64,000 nt of DNA, from positions 32,001 through 96,000 of IMG/VR virus record IMGVR_UViG_3300032288_004815; one strand, 5' to 3'. Under the pieces are notes generated by a model that was given only the letters and a program-made list of their open reading frames with translations, was not told the DNA's origin and searched no databases. The translations under genes were made by a program, and so were the position numbers. Positions 9,304 to 18,077 of the stretch are shown here, one piece after another (within the stretch, counting starts at the first letter, position 1; every line of letters starts with the position of its first letter). This DNA comes from a virus.

Positions 9304-11598
9304 ATGCTTGAATCAGGTCCAGAAATTGATAAACTTATTTTAGCAGCAACAAAAATTGCCGCTGATAAAAATCATCAGTATTTTACATTAGAGCATTTGG
9401 CTTTGGCCATGGTCACTGATGAATCTTTCGGACAATTTTGTCGAGACTATGGAGCAGATGTCGATGCGTTGACCCGGGATCTTCAAAACTATCTAGATCA
9501 ACAAACAGAAATTTTAGTCAACAAAAACAAAACTGGTACTCCAAAGAAAACAAGAACACTGGAAAGAGTTTTTAATAGAGCGTTTACACAGGTATTGTTT
9601 AGTGGTAGAAACAATCTACAAGTGATTGATCTATTCTTGAGCATTCTTGATGAAGAAGCCAGTCATGCTGTTTATTTTCTAACAAAGTACGGTTTTGAAA
9701 AAGACAAAATTATTAACTTTTGGAATAAAAGTTTTACCAAAACACACAAGAGAAAACCCAATAATCAAATCGAAGCTATTCTAAACGAATACTGCGATAA
9801 CTTGAATGTCAAAGCACAAAAAGGCAACATTGATCCTGTTATTGGTAGAGATTCAGAAATACAAGAAATTGTAGAAGTGTTGGCCAAACGAAACAAGTCT
9901 AACATTTTAATGGTAGGCGATCCCGGTGTAGGTAAAACAGCCATAGCCGAAGGACTGGCAAGAAAAATCATTGAGCAAGAAGTACCTGAATATCTATTGA
10001 ATCACACAGTGTATAATTTAGATATTGGAAGTCTGTTAGCAGGCAGTAAATATCGGGGTGAATTTGAAGAAAAATTCAAAGATGTAATGAAGGCCTTGGC
10101 CACAAAAGAAAAATGTATTTTGTTCATTGATGAAGCACATACAATGCGTGGGGCTGGGTCAGGTAGCAGCAGTAGTTTAGATTTTAGCAACATGATTAAA
10201 CCTGCGCTTACTAAAAGTAATATTAAAGTCATAGCTTCCACAACTTGGGAAGAATACAGTCAAAGCTTTGAAAAAGATCGTGCGCTAATGCGTCGTTTTT
10301 ATCGTATGACAGTTGAAGAGCCCACACCCGTTGTGGCCAAAGAAATATTGCACGGACTTAAAGATTACTTTGAAGAATTTCATAACGGTTCTGTAAGCAA
10401 CGAAGCCATTGACGCCGCAGTGGATCTCAGCGTAAGGTTTCAAACAGATAAGAGATTGCCCGACAAAGCCATTGATCTAATTGATGCCAGCATGGCAAGA
10501 TTAAAACTTGTTGCTCCTAATTTTGTACTGCGTAAAAGTCATATTATTGACAGTCTAAGTAAATTTACCAAGATACCAGTTTATCAATTGGATAATGAAA
10601 CTACAAAAAATCTAGAAAATCTTGAACCAAATATTAAAACAAGGTTGTTTGGCCAAGACTTTGCTGTGGAAAATGTATTAGATAAAATTTATGTCAGCCG
10701 TGCAGGACTAAAGTCGCTGAATAAACCTGTGGGCAGCTTTTTATTCTTAGGACCCACAGGCACTGGTAAAACAGAACTGGCAAAATTGTTGGCAGAAAAT
10801 CTTGGCATGAAGCTGTTGAGATATGACATGAGTGAATATCAAGAAAAACATTCAGTGGCCAAGCTGATCGGAGCTCCCCCCGGATATGTTGGCTATGATG
10901 ATGGAAATCTCGGCGGCGGCTTATTGATCAGCGAAGTTGAAAAGAATCCCAACTGTATTATATTATTTGATGAAATTGAAAAAGCACACCCGGATGTCAG
11001 CAACCTTTTGTTGAGTTTAATGGACGAGGGTGTGATAACCAGCAGTAACGGTAAAAAAGCTGATTGCAGAAACAGCATTGTTATTCTTACCAGTAACTTA
11101 GGTGCTCAAGACAGCGAACGCAATAGTATTGGATTTACCAGTCTCGAACGCCAAGGCGAAGATGATCAAGCAGTAAAAGATTTTTTTAAACCTGAGTTTA
11201 GAAATAGATTAGATGGTGTTGTCAAATTCAATAAATTGAACAAAAATCATATTGAAAAAATTGTTGATAAGTTTGTTAAAGAAATTAACGATTTGCTCAG
11301 CGACAAGCACATCACTATTAAACTCAGATCCAGTGCAGTGGATGAAATTATTGAAAAAGGCTACGACAGCAAAATGGGTGCAAGACCCTTGGCTCGTAAA
11401 ATCAATGAATTAATTAAAACACCGTTAAGTAAAAAGATTTTATTTGAAAATCTGCAAAATTGTACAGTGATCATTGATTTTATTGACCAACAATTTGATT
11501 TTGATGTAAGAGAAAATGAATACATTCTTTATCCCACTAACAAAGCAATAGATGAAAATGGATATGTTGTCTTGGACGAAGTTAAATCCAACCTGTAA
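9304..11598 (+). CDS. clpA: ClpA-like AAA+ chaperone
   Basis: Clp N domain, two Walker A motifs (GDPGVGKT, GPTGTGKT), GAPPGYVG, IGF loop, no ClpB middle domain. Confidence 0.92.
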   Translation: MLESGPEIDKLILAATKIAADKNHQYFTLEHLALAMVTDESFGQFCRDYGADVDALTRDLQNYLDQQTEILVNKNKTGTPKKTRTLERVFNRAFTQVLFSGRNNLQVIDLFLSILDEEASHAVYFLTKYGFEKDKIINFWNKSFTKTHKRKPNNQIEAILNEYCDNLNVKAQKGNIDPVIGRDSEIQEIVEVLAKRNKSNILMVGDPGVGKTAIAEGLARKIIEQEVPEYLLNHTVYNLDIGSLLAGSKYRGEFEEKFKDVMKALATKEKCILFIDEAHTMRGAGSGSSSSLDFSNMIKPALTKSNIKVIASTTWEEYSQSFEKDRALMRRFYRMTVEEPTPVVAKEILHGLKDYFEEFHNGSVSNEAIDAAVDLSVRFQTDKRLPDKAIDLIDASMARLKLVAPNFVLRKSHIIDSLSKFTKIPVYQLDNETTKNLENLEPNIKTRLFGQDFAVENVLDKIYVSRAGLKSLNKPVGSFLFLGPTGTGKTELAKLLAENLGMKLLRYDMSEYQEKHSVAKLIGAPPGYVGYDDGNLGGGLLISEVEKNPNCIILFDEIEKAHPDVSNLLLSLMDEGVITSSNGKKADCRNSIVILTSNLGAQDSERNSIGFTSLERQGEDDQAVKDFFKPEFRNRLDGVVKFNKLNKNHIEKIVDKFVKEINDLLSDKHITIKLRSSAVDEIIEKGYDSKMGARPLARKINELIKTPLSKKILFENLQNCTVIIDFIDQQFDFDVRENEYILYPTNKAIDENGYVVLDEVKSNL

Positions 11599-12286
11599 GG
11601 TCAAGGATACAAAAAAAATTTTTTACAGCCGATATTTGTACAAGGCTGTGCTGTATGTACCTATGGGTCAAATAGTCAGAGACGACAACGATGACAGTAT
11701 GATAATCGAAGCACAAATTGCTGCTAGAAAATCAAATTTTATTCGTTTTGGCAATCCTGGAACTTGGGCTTATTCTAATAGACGAAAACAATATGAACAT
11801 GCACGAGTAGATCAATTGATGTATTGGAAACAAAATTTTGTAAAACACAAGGATCAACTTAGGTATAGAATTGAAGAACCTTTAATACAGTTATACAGTA
11901 ACAATGAACAATTAATTTATGATTTAGTTGCTCAAGACAGCACAGCACTGCGTGAAATATATAGACCTAATAATAATTTAGCAAAATTGGCCTTGGAATC
12001 AAATCAAATTGTTGTTTCACGGCTGCCGGAGTATGAATACAAAATTTATCTTCGTGAGGGGATAAATCTAACCAACGACATACGAATAAGTATTGGTCAG
12101 TACTTAACAAATTTAGGCAGCGAAGTAAAGATCCCCGCAGCAACTTTACATAATTTTACCACAAGAAAATTATGGTTTACAAACTGTTATCTTTATGCTA
12201 AAGATAGTCAAATTGCCACTTTTCTAACATTAATGGCCCCAGGTATCATTGCAGGAATTTTTAAACAGGTATATATAAAACCATAA
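11552..12286 (+). CDS. Hypothetical protein
   Basis: 244-aa ORF in operon orientation. Confidence 0.75.
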   Translation: MKMDMLSWTKLNPTCKVKDTKKIFYSRYLYKAVLYVPMGQIVRDDNDDSMIIEAQIAARKSNFIRFGNPGTWAYSNRRKQYEHARVDQLMYWKQNFVKHKDQLRYRIEEPLIQLYSNNEQLIYDLVAQDSTALREIYRPNNNLAKLALESNQIVVSRLPEYEYKIYLREGINLTNDIRISIGQYLTNLGSEVKIPAATLHNFTTRKLWFTNCYLYAKDSQIATFLTLMAPGIIAGIFKQVYIKP

Positions 12287-12312
12287 ATAATTTAAAATTC
12301 AAGGACTGCACT

Positions 12313-12477
12313 ATGGCCAAAATTCAAGAACAAAATATTGTAATTACCGTTAGTAAACTAGTCAAAAACGACCAAGCAGACAAGTTGGTAATTTCACAAG
12401 AAGTTGCAGATGCTCTGGCATCTGTAGCAGAAGAATTACTAGGCAACAGTGTTGTTGTCGAAGTTAACTTAGCATAA
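12313..12477 (+). CDS. Small hypothetical protein (54 aa, not in ORF track)
   Basis: AAGGA RBS; MAKIQEQNIVITVSKLVKND...VVVEVNLA; TAAATA at 12284. Confidence 0.75.
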   Translation: MAKIQEQNIVITVSKLVKNDQADKLVISQEVADALASVAEELLGNSVVVEVNLA

Positions 12478-12500
12478 TCAACCACTTAAGAAAGAAACTC

Positions 12501-13436
12501 ATGAGCGATTCAAACAAAACAGTCGAAGCTAAAGAAATTACCCCCACTGAAACTTCAACCCCAGTTCCTAAACTTACTAAAGCCATTATGCCTGTGCCTG
12601 ATTTGGCAAAAACTGCTCCTCAGATGCCACAAGGTAATCAATTTGATTTTAGTAAGGTACATGTACACTTTGCAGTACCCTGTTATGGCGGTATGGTCAG
12701 TGAACCTACTATGACCAGCTTCTTGCGTTTTACACTATTGGCACAGCGAGTAGGACTAAACTGGAGCTTGGACACTATGGTCAATGAATCATTGGTCACA
12801 AGAGCAAGAAATAACTTATGTGCTAAAATGATGACTAATGCGGCTGCTACACATTTTATGTTTATTGATGCTGATATTAGATTTGAACCCGAAGCTATTT
12901 TTGGCATGATTGCAGCAGACAAAGATGTTATTGGTGGTCTGTATCCTAAAAAATCATTACCCATTGACTATGTTATCAATTTGAAGAACGGTGGTCGCAT
13001 TGAGGGACCTATTTTCCAAGTAGACACACAGGGCACAGGTTTCTTATTGTTCAGAAAGTCAGTGTATGAACAGCTGATCAAGGCTCACCCAGAGTGCAAG
13101 TATGTAGACGACATTGGCCTGGGCAAGCAGTTTGAACCGTTTATGTACAGTATTTTTGACACTGTAATCGATGAGCGTGGTCACTATCTCAGCGAAGACT
13201 GGACTTTCTGTCGTCGCTGGCAGGCCATGGGCGGCGATATTTGGGCTGACAGCCGTGTGCTATTGAATCATATTGGACATTATGAATTCAAGGGTGATTT
13301 GGCAGCACTAGAGCGCAAAGGTCTCAAGCGAGTTGATGCTAACAGTCCTGAAGGCCAGGCTGCAATAGAAGCACAAAAGGCCGCAGCGCAAAAGGCACTG
13401 GGAACGGCCAAAGTGGCAGTAAATGAATCAGCCTAA
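12501..13436 (+). CDS. Glycosyltransferase, GT-A fold (GT2-like)
   Basis: ESLVTRARN, FIDADI (DxD), GTGFLL, LSEDWTFC, HIG. Confidence 0.8.
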   Translation: MSDSNKTVEAKEITPTETSTPVPKLTKAIMPVPDLAKTAPQMPQGNQFDFSKVHVHFAVPCYGGMVSEPTMTSFLRFTLLAQRVGLNWSLDTMVNESLVTRARNNLCAKMMTNAAATHFMFIDADIRFEPEAIFGMIAADKDVIGGLYPKKSLPIDYVINLKNGGRIEGPIFQVDTQGTGFLLFRKSVYEQLIKAHPECKYVDDIGLGKQFEPFMYSIFDTVIDERGHYLSEDWTFCRRWQAMGGDIWADSRVLLNHIGHYEFKGDLAALERKGLKRVDANSPEGQAAIEAQKAAAQKALGTAKVAVNESA

Positions 13437-13866
13437 GGAAACACTGAATTTTAAAATAACTTTAAGCGGCACTTACTGGGACAAAGTGCCTGCTTACAGT
13501 GTGTTGCTTGACTCAGTGTTATTTGCTCAAGGTTCAGCTACTAAAGAACCCATAACAGTTGAGTTTACAACTGATGTAGATGAAGACAAAGAACATATAC
13601 TGGAAATAAGACTAGAAAATAAAAAAAACAGTGACACTGTTGAAAATGAAAGTCAAACAGCAATTGTTAAAGATCTTTTGTTGAACATTGACAAGATTGA
13701 AATTGACGAAATAGACATTGCTGCACTTAAATGGTCAGCCAGTGAATTTATAGCAGACGACGCAGATAGACCCTTGCTGAAAAACTGTGTTAATTTAGGA
13801 TGGAATGGCAGCTATAAATTGAAGTTTTCAAGCCCATTTTATCTTTGGTTGTTAGAAAACATGTAA
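13423..13866 (+). CDS. Hypothetical beta-rich protein
   Basis: 147-aa ORF overlapping upstream stop. Confidence 0.75.
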   Translation: MNQPKETLNFKITLSGTYWDKVPAYSVLLDSVLFAQGSATKEPITVEFTTDVDEDKEHILEIRLENKKNSDTVENESQTAIVKDLLLNIDKIEIDEIDIAALKWSASEFIADDADRPLLKNCVNLGWNGSYKLKFSSPFYLWLLENM

Positions 13867-13869
13867 AGC

Positions 13870-13897
13870 TAAATACTGTATTAGATTTAATACAGTA
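13870..13897 (+). promoter_or_regulatory. Late-promoter motif TAAATA overlapping a 10-bp perfect hairpin that reaches the ATG
   Basis: tactgtatta-gatt-taatacagta at 13874-13897. Confidence 0.6.
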
Positions 13898-15801
13898 TGT
13901 TTGCACACGAATTATACGAACAAAACAAACCCCGTGTTATTGTAACTTATCCAGGCCGTTTTCAGCCTTTTCATCAAGGACACGCGGAAGTTTTTGCACA
14001 GTTACAAAAGAAATTTGGTGCAGACAATGTTTTTATTGTCACTAGCAATGATACCAGCAGTGCTAAAAGTCCTTTTAATTTTGCTGACAAGTATCAATTG
14101 ATCACAGCAGCAGGTATCGCTGGAAATCACATTGTTGAAGCTAACAAAATGTATGTGTTACCTGATGGCATTGATCCAGCAAACACTGTGTTTATCGCTG
14201 CTGTAGGCGGGCCGGATGCTGATAGACTGCGCCCAGACAGTGTAACCAAAAGAGATCAAAAGGACGAACAAGGTAATATAATTAAACCTGCAGGAAGTCC
14301 CGGTTATTACAAAACTTGGGGTATTGATCCAAAACCTGTAACAGCAGACAAGCACGGTTATGTTATTGTTATTCCCGAAGTTCGAAAATCAATAACAATA
14401 AAAGGCAAAGAATATGATGTAAGTCATGGCACCGAATGCCGTAATTTATGGAACGCAATTAGAAATGATCAAAAATCAAGACAAGAATTTTTAGGTCAAA
14501 TGTATCGAAGACCTAGCGCAGAAATTGCAGCTATTTACGATAAAATTCCACAGAGCGCCACTGAAGATATTGTAGGTGTAAGTTCAGACACCAGCAGTCC
14601 TATTCCAGGCAGATTAGAAGAAATGGGTGGAGTTGGTGTTATTGCTAGCAAACGACAGGCAAAAGATCCAAGATATAGTAACAGTCTTACAAAAGATGTT
14701 AGACCAGGTGCAATAGAAAAAAATCTCAAAGCTTTTAGATTAGCTGAAGACGAAGACAGCAATAAGCTTGCATTGGCTGCTTTAGACTTTTACAAGAACC
14801 AAGTAGGCAATATTCAAGCTCAGCCCGTTGACAACTATACTAATCAAGCTAAACAATTACTTGCTCGTGCAGATTCAGACATTAAGCCTAAAGTATTAGA
14901 CATTCTTAAAAAAGGACAAAAGAATCCTTATCTGCAAGGTGGCATTATTACCACTGTGGGTGCATTATTAGCCGGTGGCTTACTGGCCAGTGCCCAGCAA
15001 ATGAATTTAAATCCTACACAAACTAACATGTTGTTACAGGCTGTGTTAAACACAGTTATTCCAACAATGGTCAGTCGTGTCAATGGAAAAAGTTGGATAG
15101 ATACTATTAAATATACTTTGGCCAGTGCTGGCATCGGGACTGGCATTGCAGCAGTAACGGAACAACAACCCACACTGACTGGCAAATTGCCTATGGTTAC
15201 ACCACCTGGCCTAAAAAGTCCTCAACAACAGGCAGCAGCACAGTTAGGCCATGGCGAAGAAGAACTTGAAGAAAAATGGACAAAAAAATATAAACAAGCC
15301 ATCAACTGCAATAATCCCAAAGGTTTCAGCCAGCGAGCTCACTGTGCTGGTCGTCGTGCAAGACAAGCAGGTCATAGTACAAAAAGTAAATCTGTAAGTG
15401 AAGATCAAAATAACAGCATCAGTAAAGAAGAAATTATACAAATGCTGTCAGACTTTTTGCCAATGGCCGCAGAACAACTGAACCTTAAAAAATTACCGCA
15501 AATCATAATTCAAAAACATGTTGAAACACATGACGGTCAAGCAACTTTCGGTCGTTTTGTCAATGATGAAGTTAAAATATATATAAGCATAGCAGACAGG
15601 CACCCTGTAGACATACTGCGTACATTAGCTCATGAACTAGTACATTTTAAACAATTTATAGATGGAAAAATGTATCAGGGTGCAGGTGAAACTGGTACTC
15701 CTATTGAAAATCAAGCCAATGCAGTTGCTGGCATAATCATGCGTAACTTTAACAAAAAGTATCCAGATGCAGTAAAAAGTAAACCCTTGGAGTTGCAATG
15801 A
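13897..15801 (+). CDS. Modular protein: HUP-fold nucleotidyltransferase-like N-terminus, small modules, C-terminal HEXXH metallopeptidase-like domain
   Basis: YPGRFQPFHQGH (HxGH); LAHELVHFKQ...ENQANA. Confidence 0.75.
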   Translation: MFAHELYEQNKPRVIVTYPGRFQPFHQGHAEVFAQLQKKFGADNVFIVTSNDTSSAKSPFNFADKYQLITAAGIAGNHIVEANKMYVLPDGIDPANTVFIAAVGGPDADRLRPDSVTKRDQKDEQGNIIKPAGSPGYYKTWGIDPKPVTADKHGYVIVIPEVRKSITIKGKEYDVSHGTECRNLWNAIRNDQKSRQEFLGQMYRRPSAEIAAIYDKIPQSATEDIVGVSSDTSSPIPGRLEEMGGVGVIASKRQAKDPRYSNSLTKDVRPGAIEKNLKAFRLAEDEDSNKLALAALDFYKNQVGNIQAQPVDNYTNQAKQLLARADSDIKPKVLDILKKGQKNPYLQGGIITTVGALLAGGLLASAQQMNLNPTQTNMLLQAVLNTVIPTMVSRVNGKSWIDTIKYTLASAGIGTGIAAVTEQQPTLTGKLPMVTPPGLKSPQQQAAAQLGHGEEELEEKWTKKYKQAINCNNPKGFSQRAHCAGRRARQAGHSTKSKSVSEDQNNSISKEEIIQMLSDFLPMAAEQLNLKKLPQIIIQKHVETHDGQATFGRFVNDEVKIYISIADRHPVDILRTLAHELVHFKQFIDGKMYQGAGETGTPIENQANAVAGIIMRNFNKKYPDAVKSKPLELQ

Positions 15802-16898
15802 GAGCTCGTGAATTTGTTAGAGTCCAGCCGCAAGGCACTTTGACTATATTTGATATAGACGATACACTGATGCATACCACTGCCAAGATTCGTGTAGTGC
15901 GTGATGGCAAAACTGTTAAAGAATTAACTAATCAGCAATTTAACAATTATCGACTCCAACCTGGTGAAGAATTTGATTTCGGTGAATTTAGAGACGCAGA
16001 AAAATTTGCTCAAGAAAGCACACCAATTAAACCAATGATTCGCGAACTCAAAGCTATACTAGCTTATACTCGTGGCCGTGTTATCATGTTGACTGCTAGG
16101 GCTGATTTTGATGATCGCGACACTTTTATTGACACTTTCCAACGATTAGGCATTGACATGAGTCGTGTGCATGTTCATCGTGCAGGCAATTTGCCTGGTA
16201 ATGAAAATCCTGCTTATAAAAAGGCAGTTTGGGTTCGTAGATACTTGGACACTGGCAAATATCGTCAGGTAAGTTTGTATGACGACAGCATGACCAATCT
16301 TCGTGTGTTTAAAGAACTGGCTGCAGAATATCCCCAAGTAACTTTTAATGCTTACTATATTGGGCCCAAAGGTGCTGCCACTGAAGTTGAAGAAGATTAT
16401 CATCCAAATGATACGCCTCCGGGTCCAGAATTTAAACCTACCATGCCCAAAGGAACAGTGAGAGTTGATGTGTCGGATGTGTATGACTGGTACAAACTAG
16501 GGCAGCATATCAGCAATTTAAAGGGACTAGGTCGCCATGACTTTGGACAAGGGCCGCCAAGCACTATTTTTTCTTTTGGCAGTGAAGATGAAGAACATGA
16601 GTATATCAAAGACCTTGAAAAAACAGGACTCACTACCACAGACATAGATCCAGTTGACCCCAATCAACCAAAAGGCATGAAGCGTCAAAAAACTGATCCC
16701 ACATACAATGTGGGCGAAAACTTTGCTGACGGCCGCAACCCTGGACGCAAAGGACTAAGCCAGCGTGTGGGAATTCCCAAAGGTGCTTCCATAGCACAAC
16801 TTGAAAAACTTAAGAACGCTGAAGGCGAACGAGGTCGTATGGCTCGCTGGCAATTGAACATGCGTCGAGGTAAAAATCGTGCAGGATCTAAGAATTGA
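15798..16898 (+). CDS. Modular protein: HAD-superfamily phosphatase plus two C-terminal modules
   Basis: IFDIDDTL, MLTAR, K, LYDDS (HAD motifs I-IV). Confidence 0.8.
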   Translation: MRAREFVRVQPQGTLTIFDIDDTLMHTTAKIRVVRDGKTVKELTNQQFNNYRLQPGEEFDFGEFRDAEKFAQESTPIKPMIRELKAILAYTRGRVIMLTARADFDDRDTFIDTFQRLGIDMSRVHVHRAGNLPGNENPAYKKAVWVRRYLDTGKYRQVSLYDDSMTNLRVFKELAAEYPQVTFNAYYIGPKGAATEVEEDYHPNDTPPGPEFKPTMPKGTVRVDVSDVYDWYKLGQHISNLKGLGRHDFGQGPPSTIFSFGSEDEEHEYIKDLEKTGLTTTDIDPVDPNQPKGMKRQKTDPTYNVGENFADGRNPGRKGLSQRVGIPKGASIAQLEKLKNAEGERGRMARWQLNMRRGKNRAGSKN

Positions 16899-17157
16899 AG
16901 TTGATGTCTATTGCAACTGGCAAACTGAGCCACAGGCCTATAGACTATACATAGACAACGATTTATACACTGAACGCACTTATATTTGGCGCAACCCTCA
17001 TCAGTGGGTGCGTGAAATACTGATAGCAGAACTGACCCCAGGTTCACACTCTATTACTTTGCAGCCTGTAAACAATCAATTCAATGGATTTACACTGGTA
17101 AACTTTGCTGTTGACAACAAGTTTCAAATGTTAGAAAATGGCAAGTTTACAATTTAA
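16879..17157 (+). CDS. Small hypothetical beta-rich protein
   Basis: 92-aa ORF, GTG start. Confidence 0.65.
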   Translation: MQDLRIEVDVYCNWQTEPQAYRLYIDNDLYTERTYIWRNPHQWVREILIAELTPGSHSITLQPVNNQFNGFTLVNFAVDNKFQMLENGKFTI

Positions 17158-17186
17158 ACTAAATATACAATATCTGGGATAAAAAT

Positions 17187-18077
17187 ATGAAAAGTTCACA
17201 ATTTTTAGGCGAAAATTTTGTTGAAGACGCACATTCAGTTCATCAAGATCACGAAGTACAAATGGCTCGTGAAGAATTATATCACTCAGCAGAATACGCA
17301 TTAAGATTACACAAGTTATTACGCAATGTTGATGAACAACAAGGTTTAGAAGGGTGGGTCAGCAGTAAAATTACATTGGCCAGCGACTATCTGAAAACTG
17401 TGTTGGAATACATGGAATACGAACTAATGACTGCGGCTAATCAGCAAACTATGTTACCTATAGCCGAAAATATGCAGCAAGGTGTGGCGGAAGGCTCCGA
17501 ACAAGATGATCGTTATAAAGGTATAACACCTGGAAATGGCAGGAGTGCCGCAAGAAATGCTCATAGATTAGGAAAAACTTATAATAATCCGCACAACCCT
17601 AAGTACCATAAAGCAGCACATGCGGAATGGGAAAAAGAGTATAACAACGAAATAGCACGCCTAAAGAAGAAAAGTGTGGCGGAAGACATGTCTCGAAGAG
17701 TAGCAATTGGACCCGATGGTCAAGTGACAGGAGGTTATCAACCAAGCACTTCTGGTGAACCTGTAGCAACTCAACCAAAAAGTCCTGAAGAAATTGAATT
17801 TGATAAAAAACAAGCAGACTGGCAAAAGCAAAAACAAGAAAATTTATATCAACAAAAATTAAACAATTACATGCGTGGTGATAATAGAGGCGCAGGCTTT
17901 GGTTTTCAACCGAGACCAGAAGATATAGAAAAAGCCAATGCAGCGAGATCAAAATTAGGGATAAACGAAATGTCTGCTGGCAGTGTTGCAACTGTAGTTA
18001 ATCCAACGCCCAAAAACAAAGCAAAAACAGGCACACTGTTTGGTGGTACTTATAAACAACCTAAGGCTAAAAAGTAA
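17187..18077 (+). CDS. Modular hypothetical protein with QGVAEG/SVAED junctions; putative capsid-internal protein
   Basis: N-terminus MKSSQFLGE; TAAATA at 17160; internal repeat junctions. Confidence 0.75.
   Translation: MKSSQFLGENFVEDAHSVHQDHEVQMAREELYHSAEYALRLHKLLRNVDEQQGLEGWVSSKITLASDYLKTVLEYMEYELMTAANQQTMLPIAENMQQGVAEGSEQDDRYKGITPGNGRSAARNAHRLGKTYNNPHNPKYHKAAHAEWEKEYNNEIARLKKKSVAEDMSRRVAIGPDGQVTGGYQPSTSGEPVATQPKSPEEIEFDKKQADWQKQKQENLYQQKLNNYMRGDNRGAGFGFQPRPEDIEKANAARSKLGINEMSAGSVATVVNPTPKNKAKTGTLFGGTYKQPKAKK
17478..17495 (+). repeat. 18-bp junction repeat caaggtgtggcggaaggc (QGVAEG)
   Basis: Variants at 17670, 22989, 23292, 23568 and 23733. Confidence 0.8.

Noticed and set aside
9304-11598. 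Intein or intron in ClpA or the clamp loader
   Set aside because: Lengths are typical and no splice-junction motifs were seen
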